Origin: Ginkgo biloba
Lineage: Eukaryota > Plantae > Ginkgophyta
Direction: 5' to 3'
DNA: 21,173 bases
Assembly (NCBI GenBank): GCA_024626585.2
Contig: JANKJI020000004.1
Location: 160,041,395 to 160,062,567 of the forward strand
Within the stretch, counting starts at the first letter, position 1. Every line of letters begins with the position of its first letter. Made by a program: the position numbers and the translations under genes. Below the pieces are notes generated by a model. It searched no databases. It had not been told where the DNA came from and saw only the letters and a list, made by a program, of their open reading frames with translations. Positions 1-10,448 of the stretch are shown in pieces.

Positions 1-99
1 AGGAGTGGGATCCTCTTTAGTGATTTATTAGACCATGACCTCTGTGTATTGTTTTGAACTTGGAATTGTTCTTATATCTTAAGTGAAGGTGAGGTTGGG

Positions 100-1900
100 T
101 AACTCATGGCTTGCGACAAGTTTTTTTTTACACAACAAAATCTATAGAGCTTTGTCTCTTATAGGTCCTGCACTTCTTATAAACTCATTCACCCTCTTCA
201 TTCTCTAATTTTTTCTTTATGCTCTTATTTGAGTTGTCATTGTAACTCCCTACCCCTACTACTATACTCTATTAGGATGGAAATATTGTAGAGTCAATCT
301 TGAATGAGGTCTCTCTATCTGTTTTAGTAATTTCTTATCTACTTACTTATTTTGAATACTTTTGGGAAGAGTCTCCTCCCTATCCTTCACAAACTTGTGT
401 TTTTGGGTCCTTCAGGCTTGAGCCTTAATTTTCAAAATGTCTCTTTTCATGAGATACATTATTATTTTGAGTGGAATCTGATCTAGATGAAATTTTTCTA
501 GGGATTATATTTCCCCTTTTCTTATGTACCAGCCGATAATAATCCATAGGATTCTTAAAATTATCTTCTNNNNNNNNNNGAATGAGAATAATTAATTTGA
601 CATCATTTTATCATATGCTAGGAAAATATCCCTTTTGGGTCATAAAATATCTCCTAAATTATTTCCAACTGATAATTCCTTTCTATAATCAAATGACCTT
701 AATTGTTTAATATTCATGATAGTCAATTCACCCAAATTAAAAGGCTAAGAATGGATATCAATTTTCTTTTATTTCTAGGCCACTCTATAATGAATTGATT
801 GAATTTTTCTACATATTTTATACAATAAATTTTGATTGTCCATGGAGTTTAGGAGTATATATGACCTCTCCTTAAATCCATACAAATGGATATAAGTATA
901 ACCCATTTCAAAATAGCAGTCACCAATCCCTTGCAAGGCATATCTAGCAGAACAATTGATTCCCTTAGGCTTTGGTTCTCTAAGTGAGAGAATACCCTAA
1001 AAATAAACTTGTCATTTACCATAACAAAACTTATTCCTATAATTTTCTTTCCAAATATTAGGGTACTAGTAAATAACTAGTAATCCCTACTCTTCCTTAT
1101 TTTGAACAGTGTAGGACAATCCTAGAAAATTCAAGGCAAATAAAAAGGAGTACACTAAATAAAAATACATAAGAATGGAAATATTAGGAAATATATGTTA
1201 GATGATGAGAAATTTTCTTGCTAATGATATTATCCCAATCATAAGTGATTCCCTTCATGGTAATGTCATAGGTCATTAGTATCATATAATGATATATTTT
1301 ACTAGTGTACATTTTGTGAAAAACCCTACTTATTAAGGACATGATGACCTTGTATTTAATTTCTTATTTTCTCATATTATATACTTTCCTTTTAATGGTA
1401 CTTTGAAATTCTTTCTCCATTCAAAAATTCACCAAGTCTGGGACTCCATGATAATCCTGAAAAAAAAAATTGTATTTTAAAAGAAAAATGCACTACATGA
1501 GATGGAAGGACTAATATCTCCCTAAACATATTTGGGGATAGAGTACACTATACCTAACTTGTGGTGGAAACTATAATTCTACTTTTTGAGTCAAATATTT
1601 GGGAACACCATTATACCAACTCCCTACATGGCATTACTCTAGGTAAGGCCACAACTTGGATCAATCCTGATCTCTAGAATATATTGTCTTCTCTTTTTTC
1701 AAATCTCATTTAAAGGAAATCATAGAATATGACTTTCAAGTTGATTTTGTAGACATATGAAGTGTCTACAATCTCAATAGATGGAGGGGAATTTATTGAA
1801 TCTTTCATTTGTATCAATACTCTCTTGAATTCTCTCTTAAAATTTAAAAGAGTAGATCAATTAAATATCTACTTTCTTCTTACCAAGAAGTTAGAACTTG
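100..1900 (-). pseudogene. Decayed retroelement-associated accessory ORF (uncharacterised family, Ty3/gypsy Tat/Ogre-like context), copy 1
   Basis: Manual minus-strand translation gives ordered protein-like blocks broken by stops and frameshifts: RSGLIQVVALPRVMPCRELV*WCSQIFDSKSRII (motif 1617-1670), YDWDNIIS (1220-1243), MYFYLVYSFLFALNFLGL (from 1170 down) and GDCYFEMGYTYIHLYGF (from ~924 down). I recall these motifs from hypothetical gymnosperm retroelement proteins; no search was run. Boundaries are approximate. Confidence 0.55.
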
Positions 1901-2939
1901 AATCGCTGCCTTAATATGATACTATCTTATTAAAACATTATGGGCATCATCATAACCTTAACAATTTTTAGAGAATTTGTTAGAGAATAGCATAATATCT
2001 ATAGTAGTTTTAAGTTTATAACATATTAAAACTGATTTGACAATTTTGAGCATTATTTATGCCAAGTTTTATTTTCTTGTTGTTCTTAAATTTTGTAGAT
2101 ATTGGTTTGAAGATGAGAGGAAGGTTACTTTCTCAAAATATATTTTCATAAATTCATTGAATTTAATTTGATAAATTAGATAGTGGAGGATCAATTAACA
2201 CTTTCTAGCCACGCCCTGCACAAAGAATTATGCCACCTTTGTGCAATAATTTCACATATAACAACTTAATTAATAATGTGCATAGAATATGTAATAAACC
2301 CTCCTTAAGCCTATAATCTTTCTTTAGCAATTAATATAAAACTTGCCATAANNNNNNNNNNNNNNNNNNNNNNNNNNNNNNNNNNNNNNNNNNNNNNNNN
2401 NNNNNNNNNNNNNNNNNNTAAGCACAGAAGATTAATAATACACCTTGCATATTTTCCATAGTATTAGAGTACATAATATTTAATTCATTATGAATTATTC
2501 ATGTAATAGAAAGAATCTAAGGGAGGATTGCTAAGTATAGGACTGGATGATAAGTAGCGTACTCACATTGTTATCCATGAGGAACCCTTAGATGGATTCA
2601 CCATATCTACTGGACAAACCTTTGAAACCATACAGGCTCACCATCATCTTATTGAATCATAAATGGGGCCACTTTAATAGAGAGTTTTTGCAAAGATAAA
2701 ATTGCATTTAAAGCATATCACCTGAGAATAAGGATCCAATTGACTTTCTAGTGCAAAAAAGGAAAATCACACCATGCAATCGGGGAATTTATTTTTTTCT
2801 AGTTTAAAGTTTACCATTAGCTTTTCATCCTAAAATTTTNNNNNNNNNNNNNNNNNNNNNNNNNNNNNNNNNNNNNNNNNNNNNNNNNNNNNNNNNNNNN
2901 NNNNNNNNNNNNNNNNNNNNNNNNNNNNNNNNNNNNNNN

Positions 2940-4075
2940 GAAGGAAAAGGCACAAACAAAATGAGAAAATCCTACAACAATTTTGTCTCAAATATAGGGA
3001 GCAAGTGTGACTCAAACAATAAAGTAGAGTGTGGAGATAGTCCTAGAAGAGGAAGTAGATAGTTTGCTCGTAATAAGAGCATTGTTTGTGATTAGGATAG
3101 GAAAAATGTGCAAAAAACCCAAGGAGTAGTAGACATACGACTTATGAGGATNNNNNNNNNNNNNNNNNNNNNNNNNNNNNNNNNNNNNNNNNNNNNNNNN
3201 NNNNNNNNNNNNNNNNNNNNNNNNNNNNNNNNNNNNNNNNNNNNNNNNNNNNNCCATAAGGGTATGGTTTGGTAAATAACATGTATCTAGGAAACTTTCA
3301 TACAAGACTAGTGAGCACCATGGATGGTTACCTAGGTGTCTCATTGGAAGGAATTTATCCCATATGAGTTACTAGAGGAGGAAGGATAGTGAAGACTACT
3401 TGCAAGCATAAGGATAAAAATGGGACTGAGAGTAGGTCCATGAGAAAAAGAAGGTAGAGTGAGAAGGTTGCATGTGAGGATCCAAAAGGGAGTGCCATGC
3501 GAGGAACTAATGATGGTTGTCAGAAGATCCCATGTAAGGGTGAGATAAGAGGATGAAGGTTCATGTGAGGAATTTGATGAGGTCTTAGAAGGAGGGAAAA
3601 GTGATATAGAAAAAACCATGCAAGTGACGATGGAGAAAAAGGATAAGGTGACAATGACACATAGAGAACTACAACAATGAATTGGTAACAAACACCAACT
3701 ATGAATGAGTTAGGACTAGGTTAGTATCTCCCATAAGGCAACATCATATAGGGAAACAAGTGAAGGACTAATGAAGTAGAGGGAAGATAAAGGGATTATG
3801 GTGGAAATTATAGTAGGATATTCACACCTAAAGAATTTAGCATATGAGGTGGTGGGTGACTCCCAATAATTACAATAATCATTTAAAATGGAAATTATAA
3901 GGACTAACTAAGAGGGCCAAGCAGATGGACTTATAGAGATAAAGGGTAAGAGTAGAGTGGAAGGTGGAAGTAAATAAAGAGACACTTAATGAAAAGTTAT
4001 CCCAAATCTTAATCTTCCTCTCCTAGAGGGAAAAATAGTATCAAAGGACTAAATCCACTCAGTGGCCAAATTTTG
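2940..4075 (-). mobile_element. Probable degenerate internal region of an LTR retrotransposon
   Basis: Strong purine skew on the + strand. Ser/Pro/Leu-rich low-complexity minus-strand frames (3341-3691, 3012-3344) with many stops. No catalytic motif recognised. Confidence 0.3.
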
Positions 4076-4299
4076 GTATCTCCGTTACTATATAGTTTAA
4101 ACTATTTTTGTAGTTAGCCAACAGATGGCTAGTTGGTTATAATTTTCCAATAGTTTTGAGCTTACTGTAACTACGAATGTATTTAAAATTGGCATTTATT
4201 TCCTAGTAATATATTCAATTCCAAGTTAAAATAATAATTATAATAATTTGACACAAATATTACATATTTCAAGATGGAACTATATTAAATGTATAGGCC

Positions 4300-4920
4300 T
4301 AACGTGTGTTCAGTAAGTCCCTACTCTATGCATAAAGGANNNNNNNNNNNNNNTTCATATCCATAGCACTGTACACGAATATGGGGAAATCCATCCAAGT
4401 CCTTTTACTCATATAGGAGAGCACAAATACATACATATGGTACATCACATAATCACTACTTTCAATCACTTCTTACAATCACTTCCTACTACTCTTGGCT
4501 TATGCTACAAATATATATAATGGGCAGATGATTATGTAACCATTGTGAAAGTTATAATAGATACGTCGATGTCAGTGAGGGTGTTTCCACTGATTGTTAG
4601 TCCCCATCAGTGATCATTGTTATCATCGGGGTCTATCTCCATTCTTCTCTTTAGCGATTCTATGTCCTTTGGTGTCGGTGAATCCCTCATCGATGTCAGT
4701 GTATCTCTATCAGTGAAGCCTTTATCAGTGACCCTTGCCAATGTCAGAATTGGTCAACCTTCATTAGATNNNNNNNNNNNNNNNNNNNNNNNNNNNNNNN
4801 NNNNNNNNNNNNNNNNNNNNNNNNNNNNNNNNNNNNNNNNNNNNNNNNNNNNNNNNNNNNNNNNNNNNNAGTTCACATGGTCAATATTAGATGCACCATA
4901 CAACTAGTTCAATAGCAACA
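4300..4920 (-). mobile_element. LTR-like segment interrupting accessory ORF copy 2
   Basis: The + strand ends ...AATAGCAACA at 4920, so the minus strand starts TGTTGCTATTG, an LTR-like TG start. This sits right beside the end of ORF 4923-5192. It contains degenerate (T/A)TCAGTG/TCGGTG short repeats at 4570-4760 and a TATA-like run near 4510. The other end is not identified. Confidence 0.3.
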
Positions 4921-4922
4921 TC

Positions 4923-5450
4923 CTAATCTTGACCCCTCTTAGGGTAGTCTAGGTTAAACTTCTTCTTAAGAGTGTCAAGGTTGGCAGCCCACCCCCTCAA
5001 AATTGTATTCACAACATCCCTCCCTTTTAAGAAGGCTTTATTTGCATCTACATTATAAACCATACCAGGATTTAGCATCTTATATAGGNNNNNNNNNNNN
5101 NNNNNNNNNNNNNNNNNGTCCCCATGGGAGATGATAGGACCCCCCGCTCCATAGTGCAATGTCTCATGGCTGGAGTGAAAAGATCCTTGCATGGGAAGAC
5201 CTCTGGTTTGGCAAAAATTTGATGTAGGCCTGCGAATTTGATATACATAAGGTCACTTTGGTACTCTGCATCATCATCTAATATTTTCTCTTCTCCTATA
5301 TAGAGATCCTTTGCCCTCTCTACCCCATAATAGATATCATTATAATTATTTACATTTTTATCTGCCAGAAGCTCTCTCAAAAAATGCATATCCATGAATT
5401 ATAATTTGAATATAGCGGGGATATCAGTAGCAATGGGTTTAAGGTGCATT
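4923..5450 (-). pseudogene. Decayed retroelement-associated accessory ORF, copy 2 (N-terminal part)
   Basis: ORF 5072-5395 contains AGLHQIFAKPEVFPCKDL (5180-5233). This aligns without gaps to SGLIQVVALPRVMPCREL of copy 1 (9/18 identical, several conservative changes). It continues across a small gap into ORF 4923-5192. Confidence 0.5.
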
Positions 5451-7014
5451 GGGGTTAAAACTCAACTCTCTTCTTACTTGAGATAGACTAAGAAGTTAAA
5501 AAATACTATAAATGTGCACCTTTGTGTTTGGAAAAAATTCCTAGCTTGTAGCAATACTTATAAGGGCTCTGGATCACCACACTTACAAGAGAATCTCTAA
5601 CATAATAACAACTTATGAACACGAGTGTTCTTCATCTGTAATGTTATTTCTACCCTCAATTCAAATTTAGATGGCTTCTAGAGATAGTATAAATCGGGCT
5701 CATCATGTAGAATTAATGGTAATAAAATCATGGGTGATGGAAAAGTATCTTTGTTTCATTTGAATATTGGCCCTCTATGTGGAGAAGCATCATGGAGTTG
5801 GGTCTCAGGGTGTCTTAACAAATTATTTTGCTCACTATCATCTTACCAAACATCCTTAGGGAGGATTGAGATTGAGACATGTGGAAACATCTCATAGATT
5901 TTGGGCTTGGAAGACTTGGTAATAAGGTTATTCCACTTGTTCTCCTTGGAAGTCCTATGGGTATACTAGATTGTGATATGTGGAATGATCATAATACCCC
6001 ATGGGATCACATTGATCACTAATACTCTCTCTAAGTTCTCAACCCACCATTTGGAGGGTATCATGAGGTTGTACCATATGGCATGGTCTCAAGATCCCTA
6101 GGCTCACACCTTGTGAGGGTTTATTTTTCTTCTCTTCCTGTATGTCTAGGGAGAGACAGGATCATGAGACATATTGTCATCTTGTGAGATGTGCTTCCTT
6201 GTCCCTTTCATTACCTTATGAACCTGTGAGATATGACCCCATATCCCTTTGGGGATGCCTTCCCTTGTTGCTAAATTGTGTTGTCTCTAACCTTATGAGA
6301 TTCAAACACATGTTGACATCTCACATGCTTGGGGATCATGACCTTTTCACAAAGTCCCCAAAGTTTCATGCACCATAAGAGAGGAAGCCATGATATCCTA
6401 CCACATGGCATGATATCATGCACTCGAGACCTGTTCACCAAGTGTGCACTTCAAATTTTCTTTAAACTACAATGGGGGGAAGGAGATAATGAGGCCTTTC
6501 CATATGTCACATTTCTATAATCTACACATAGACTTCAAACCTATGAAAAACACCTTTTATATATATATGAAAAATGAAAGGTGCCATGTGGTGACTTCTA
6601 GTGAAACATAGCTTTTCCTTTAAAATACTAAGGCATTTTGATCAACTTCACCAGGTTTGTTGTAGGATCTACNNNNNNNNNNNNNNNNNNNNNNNNNNNN
6701 NNNNNNNNNNNNNNNNNNNNNNNNNNNNNNNNNNNNNNNNNNNNNNNNNNNNNNNNNNNNNNNNNNNNNNNNAAGGGAAGGTCGCTTTCCCCTACCAAAA
6801 GTGATTCCTCAAGATCCTACCACATGGTGGGATCTTAGGGCCTCATCCCTCAAAGATAGGAGGGACCTCTAAGGTGAAAACAAAGGGGGTGCAAGGGGCT
6901 TTCCCCCTGCAATGATGTTATGCGGTATCATCGCAGGTTCCCTACACCTTGCACCTATCATAATGAGATTTGGGGCCCCACGGCCCCTTTTTTTAAAACA
7001 TTTGGGAGGGGCAT

Positions 7015-7150
7015 ATGATGGTGCCATGTGGTGACATCGTGTGGCCCCTACAACCCTCAGTTATAAATAAGGGAGAATTTGGATTGTGCGGCCCTAATTT
7101 GGATGAAAAATTTTATAAGGGTGTGCAATAGCACCACTTGGCACCATCAT
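7015..7150. repeat. 19-bp inverted repeat pair, with a third direct copy at 6580-6595
   Basis: ATGATGGTGCCATGTGGTG (7015-7033) vs CACCACTTGGCACCATCAT (7132-7150) is an 18/19 reverse-complement match. GGTGCCATGTGGTGAC is identical at 6580-6595 and 7020-7035. Confidence 0.8.
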
Positions 7151-8138
7151 GCAACCCTTCTATGGCCCCCTCTAGACTATCAAAATAATAGGGAAGAAGG
7201 CCCCCATAATCCCAAGCTCATGGGGGGTCAATACTATGACCCAGGGATACCCGACAGGACTTCAAGCACCTACAATGTTCAAATATAAAATTTTCATTAA
7301 CACACAAATTGGTCAAACTATTAAAGTCGACCCAGGGATCTTTTATTGAGCGTTAAAAGCCAACGTAGGAGATATTTTATGGAATTCATGAGCTATAATG
7401 GCCAAGGCAATTTCTCCCCCTGCAACTCATCAATGCACCCCAAGAAGTCGGCCAAAAAAAAGATTTGATTTTGTTTTGATCTTAAAGGAAGAGAGGCGAC
7501 AGGGAAGAAGGGGATATATATGCAAAAAGAGAAATAAAAAAGTTGAAGGAGGGAGAGAAATCTTTAGTGGAGAGAGTATTTTCATCATTTTCTCATGTTT
7601 TTCATTTTTCAACAAGATGTTTTTCTTCTATGCTTAAGAGAGGGGTGACTGGTTTGGGCTATGGTGAATGAGGCGAAACACCTCAGGGATACATATGTAA
7701 TCACCCTGTTACAGGCTTAGTCACCACATTCGGCACATATTTTAAAAAATATTTGAATTTCACCATTTTTTTAAAGTTGCCCAAATAGTTCAAAATATTC
7801 GGTGTATTTTTTCAAACATTGACCATCGCTTACCCCCCAAAAGAAATAAATCAAAATGTTATGCAGGTGATCTGTGCAAATGGAGTCGAGGTCATAGAAG
7901 GTGAGGATGTATCCTCTATTAAATAACATACTCTCCCATGGGCCGTATGAACTCCTAGTGTCTCACATAGTATTGAATATTTGGAAACTGTATGGATGTC
8001 AATATTGGCAGCCATCAATGGATCTTGACCCATTGATATAATACAGAAACTCTGCCTGCTACCTTCCCTAGGGAATCTACCCTATTCTCTATACAATATC
8101 CTCCCCTCTATGCTATGACCTTCATTCTACTCACAGCG

Positions 8139-8248
8139 TCTTCCCGTTGTTTTTGGGTCCATCATATCCCATCATCTCCCATTGTCTATGGGGCCATTGT
8201 ATCCCTTCATCTCCCGTTGTCTATAGGGCCATCGTATCCTGTCATCTC
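8139..8248. repeat. 35-bp tandem repeat, about 3 copies
   Basis: Units start at 8165 (TATCCCATCATCTCCCATTGTCTATGGGGCCATTG), 8200 (TATCCCTTCATCTCCCGTTGTCTATAGGGCCATCG) and 8235 (TATCCTGTCATCTC, partial). A degenerate partial unit lies at 8139-8164. Confidence 0.85.
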
Positions 8249-8319
8249 ATGGTTCACTTTGTCCCCCATCCTGCATTGGGGTTGGAGTTATGTCTTATGT
8301 TTGGGGATTTTGTATTATT

Positions 8320-8455
8320 AAGACTTAGTGTTAGGATTATATTAATTAGTAGTTAGTAATAATTAATACTTATTATTAACTTATTTTATTAGTAGTTAGT
8401 AAGTTAGTATTAGGTATATACTTAATACAATGATAGTTAGTACTTAGTAATATAA
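8320..8455. repeat. Low-complexity TTAGTA/TTATTA-type repeat
   Basis: Recurrent TTAGTAGTTAGTAA and TTATTA motifs. Confidence 0.6.
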
Positions 8456-8659
8456 ATGGATGAAGATGCCATGGAAGCAACTAGTAAGTAAATATGAATA
8501 TTATATTAATTTTTAATGTATAAATATTTAATTGTAGAAAAATATTGTTATATGTAACGAATTTTATTATGATTTTTTCAAATATTTTTTACCTTTTCAA
8601 ATTTTTAACGATTTTTTTGCTTGTCGAATTCGAATTTGAACTCGAATCTGGTAACTAAG

Positions 8660-9133
8660 TCTGCAGGCATCTTCAAAAAAATTAGGTTCCATATCAATCA
8701 TATCAACAACTAAAGCATAATAGTTCACGTTATATCTAATAGGGGCTTTCTTTGTCCTGGAACTCTTCCTTACACTGCCAGCACCATTGCTGCACTCTGG
8801 AGTATCATGCACATCTGGGGTATCCTTATGTGCATCTTTTAACATGACGTCCAACCACTTTGGACGGTTCTTCTTGGTTCAATCCTGGGCATCAACTTGT
8901 GGTGTATCTTCAACATAAATCTTTGGGTTATCATGTTTCACAACATCATCATCAGAACTAGATACTTCAACAACTTTCTTACCCCCTATAATATCTAACT
9001 CATCAAATATGACATCCCTACATACAATAGGTTTCCTAGCAATGGGGTCAAACAATCTGTAGGCCTTCACATTTTCAGAGTATCTAGTAAATATGAATGT
9101 TTTAGATGTAGCATCCAATTTTTCCCTCTTCTC
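8660..9133 (-). mobile_element. Ty1/copia polyprotein fragment: integrase C-terminal SH3-like (GKGY-type) region and integrase-RT linker
   Basis: EKREKLDATSKTFIFTRYSENVKAYRLFDPIARKPIVCRDVIFDE matches the copia consensus KLDxKSxKCIFVGYSxxxKAYRLxDPxxxKxxxSRDVxFDE. The same frame continues past one stop (8879-8881) through RPKWL...RKSSRTKKAPIRY...EPNFFEDA, the EPxxFEEA motif that precedes RT. It is cut by the TIR element on one side and an N-gap on the other. Confidence 0.9.
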
Positions 9134-9941
9134 NNNNNNNNNNNNNNNNNNNNNNNNNNNNNNNNNNNNNNNNNNNNNNNNNNNNNNNNNNNNNNNNNNN
9201 NNNNNNNNNNNNNNNNNNNNNNNNNNNNNNNNNNNNNNNNNNNNNNNNNNNNNNNNNNNNNNNNNNNNNNNNNNNNNNNNNNNNNNNNNNNNNNNNNNNN
9301 NNNNNNNNNNNNNNNNNNNNNNNNNNNNNNNNNNNNNNNNNNNNNNNNNNNNNNNNNNNNNNNNNNNNNNNNNNNNNNNNNNNNNNNNNNNNNNNNNNNN
9401 NNNNNNNNNNNNNNNNNNNNNNNNNNNNNNNNNNNNNNNNNNNNNNNNNNNNNNNNNNNNNNNNNNNNNNNNNNNNNNNNNNNNNNNNNNNNNNNNNNNN
9501 NNNNNNNNNNNNNNNNNNNNNNNNNNNNNNNNNNNNNNNNNNNNNNNNNNNNNNNNNNNNNNNNNNNNNNNNNNNNNNNNNNNNNNNNNNNNNNNTTAGA
9601 ATAATATCACTAAGCATTCACAACAAATTAAAAATATTGTCAATGTCATTTATTATTTGTAGCGAGTACGATGTCAAGTTAATGAAATATCTACCAATGT
9701 GTTAAACCAACCAATCAAAATTCAATAATGTGGAGAAAAATATTACTTATTCAAGGTCAAATTACCCCCATATAAATGAACACAAGAGATAATTATTGTA
9801 ATGGAAGTTATAATCATTGGGCATCTATCTCCAATGGCTAATCTCTAATTCCTAGATTATTCAAGGTATTTTATATAGTCTTCCACATCCATCTTAGCTT
9901 TATATGACATACATAAACATAAAATTGAAAGATGAACATTA

Positions 9942-10169
9942 TCATATCTCTCCATCCCACAAGTCTTCGATTATTTTATAGGGGCTGGTAATTGAGTTAA
10001 CCATATGCTCCCCTGGAAAAATATTTCTCTGATCAATCTTGCCTATTTTCTCATGATCCTCTGTTGTCAAACACCAGTCAAAAATATAAAAATTCTCAGT
10101 TATTTGCCCTTTGTTGTATCTCTTAGGAATCACGCTTACCCCCTACTCCAATCCCCACTTCAACAACAC
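9942..10169 (-). pseudogene. Last exon of an aldo-keto reductase (plant AKR4 family) gene with a premature stop
   Basis: The splice acceptor TTTGAGCAG| ends at 10170. The exon reads VLLKWGLE*GVSVIPKRYNKGQITENFYIFDWCLTTEDHEKIGKIDQRNIFPGEHMVNSITSPYKIIEDLWDGEI*. It matches AKR motifs QVxLRWxxQxGxSVIPKS, ENxxIFDW and the AKR4 terminus ELWDGEI. There is an in-frame TAG at 10143-10145, and IPKS is changed to IPKR. Confidence 0.88.
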
Positions 10170-10448
10170 CTGCTCAAAGGCATGTATATATAGAATGTTA
10201 TGTTATAACCCACGAGCATTTCTTTGAAAGAAAAAGAAAAAGAAATAAACATGTAGAGTTTGCAAAATTCATAGGTTTTATTCATTTTCAAGGTTTTTTC
10301 ATATTTTTCCTGAGAAGAGAAATCATTAAAAGTAAAACATGAGAACATAAAATTATCAACTGCGCTGGAGATCCATAGAAGCATGATGTATAATGCGGTC
10401 CCATAGAAGCGTGTCATTTTCTTTGGCATTCATATGAATATTAATGTA

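Larger units (their letters stand above)
7716..8659. mobile_element. Non-autonomous TIR DNA transposon (hAT-like by inference)
   Basis: Left end CTTAGTCACCACATTCG (7716-7732); reverse complement of the right end (8643-8659) is CTTAGTTACCAGATTCG, a 15/17 match. CGAATT/CGAATC-type subterminal motifs occur at 8625-8650. The right end truncates the copia reading frame. The 8-bp flanks GTTACAGG / TCTGCAGG match 5/8. No transposase seen. Confidence 0.65.

Noticed and set aside
4053-4075. Primer-binding site TGGCCACTGAGTGGA on the minus strand
   Set aside because: It only loosely resembles Tat/Ogre tRNA-Arg or tRNA-Lys PBS sequences, and no clear adjacent LTR was found.
8139-8248. CRISPR-like array
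   Set aside because: The units are contiguous with no unique spacers, there are no cas genes and the context is eukaryotic.
6142-8356. Short ORFs of 60-80 aa (6142, 6329, 7079, 7398, 7430, 7851, 8115, 8147)
   Set aside because: They have no motifs, overlap on both strands and lie in repeat-derived or low-complexity sequence.
10160-10429. 89-aa ORF upstream of the AKR exon
   Set aside because: It reads through the T-rich intron and polypyrimidine tract with no recognisable domain.
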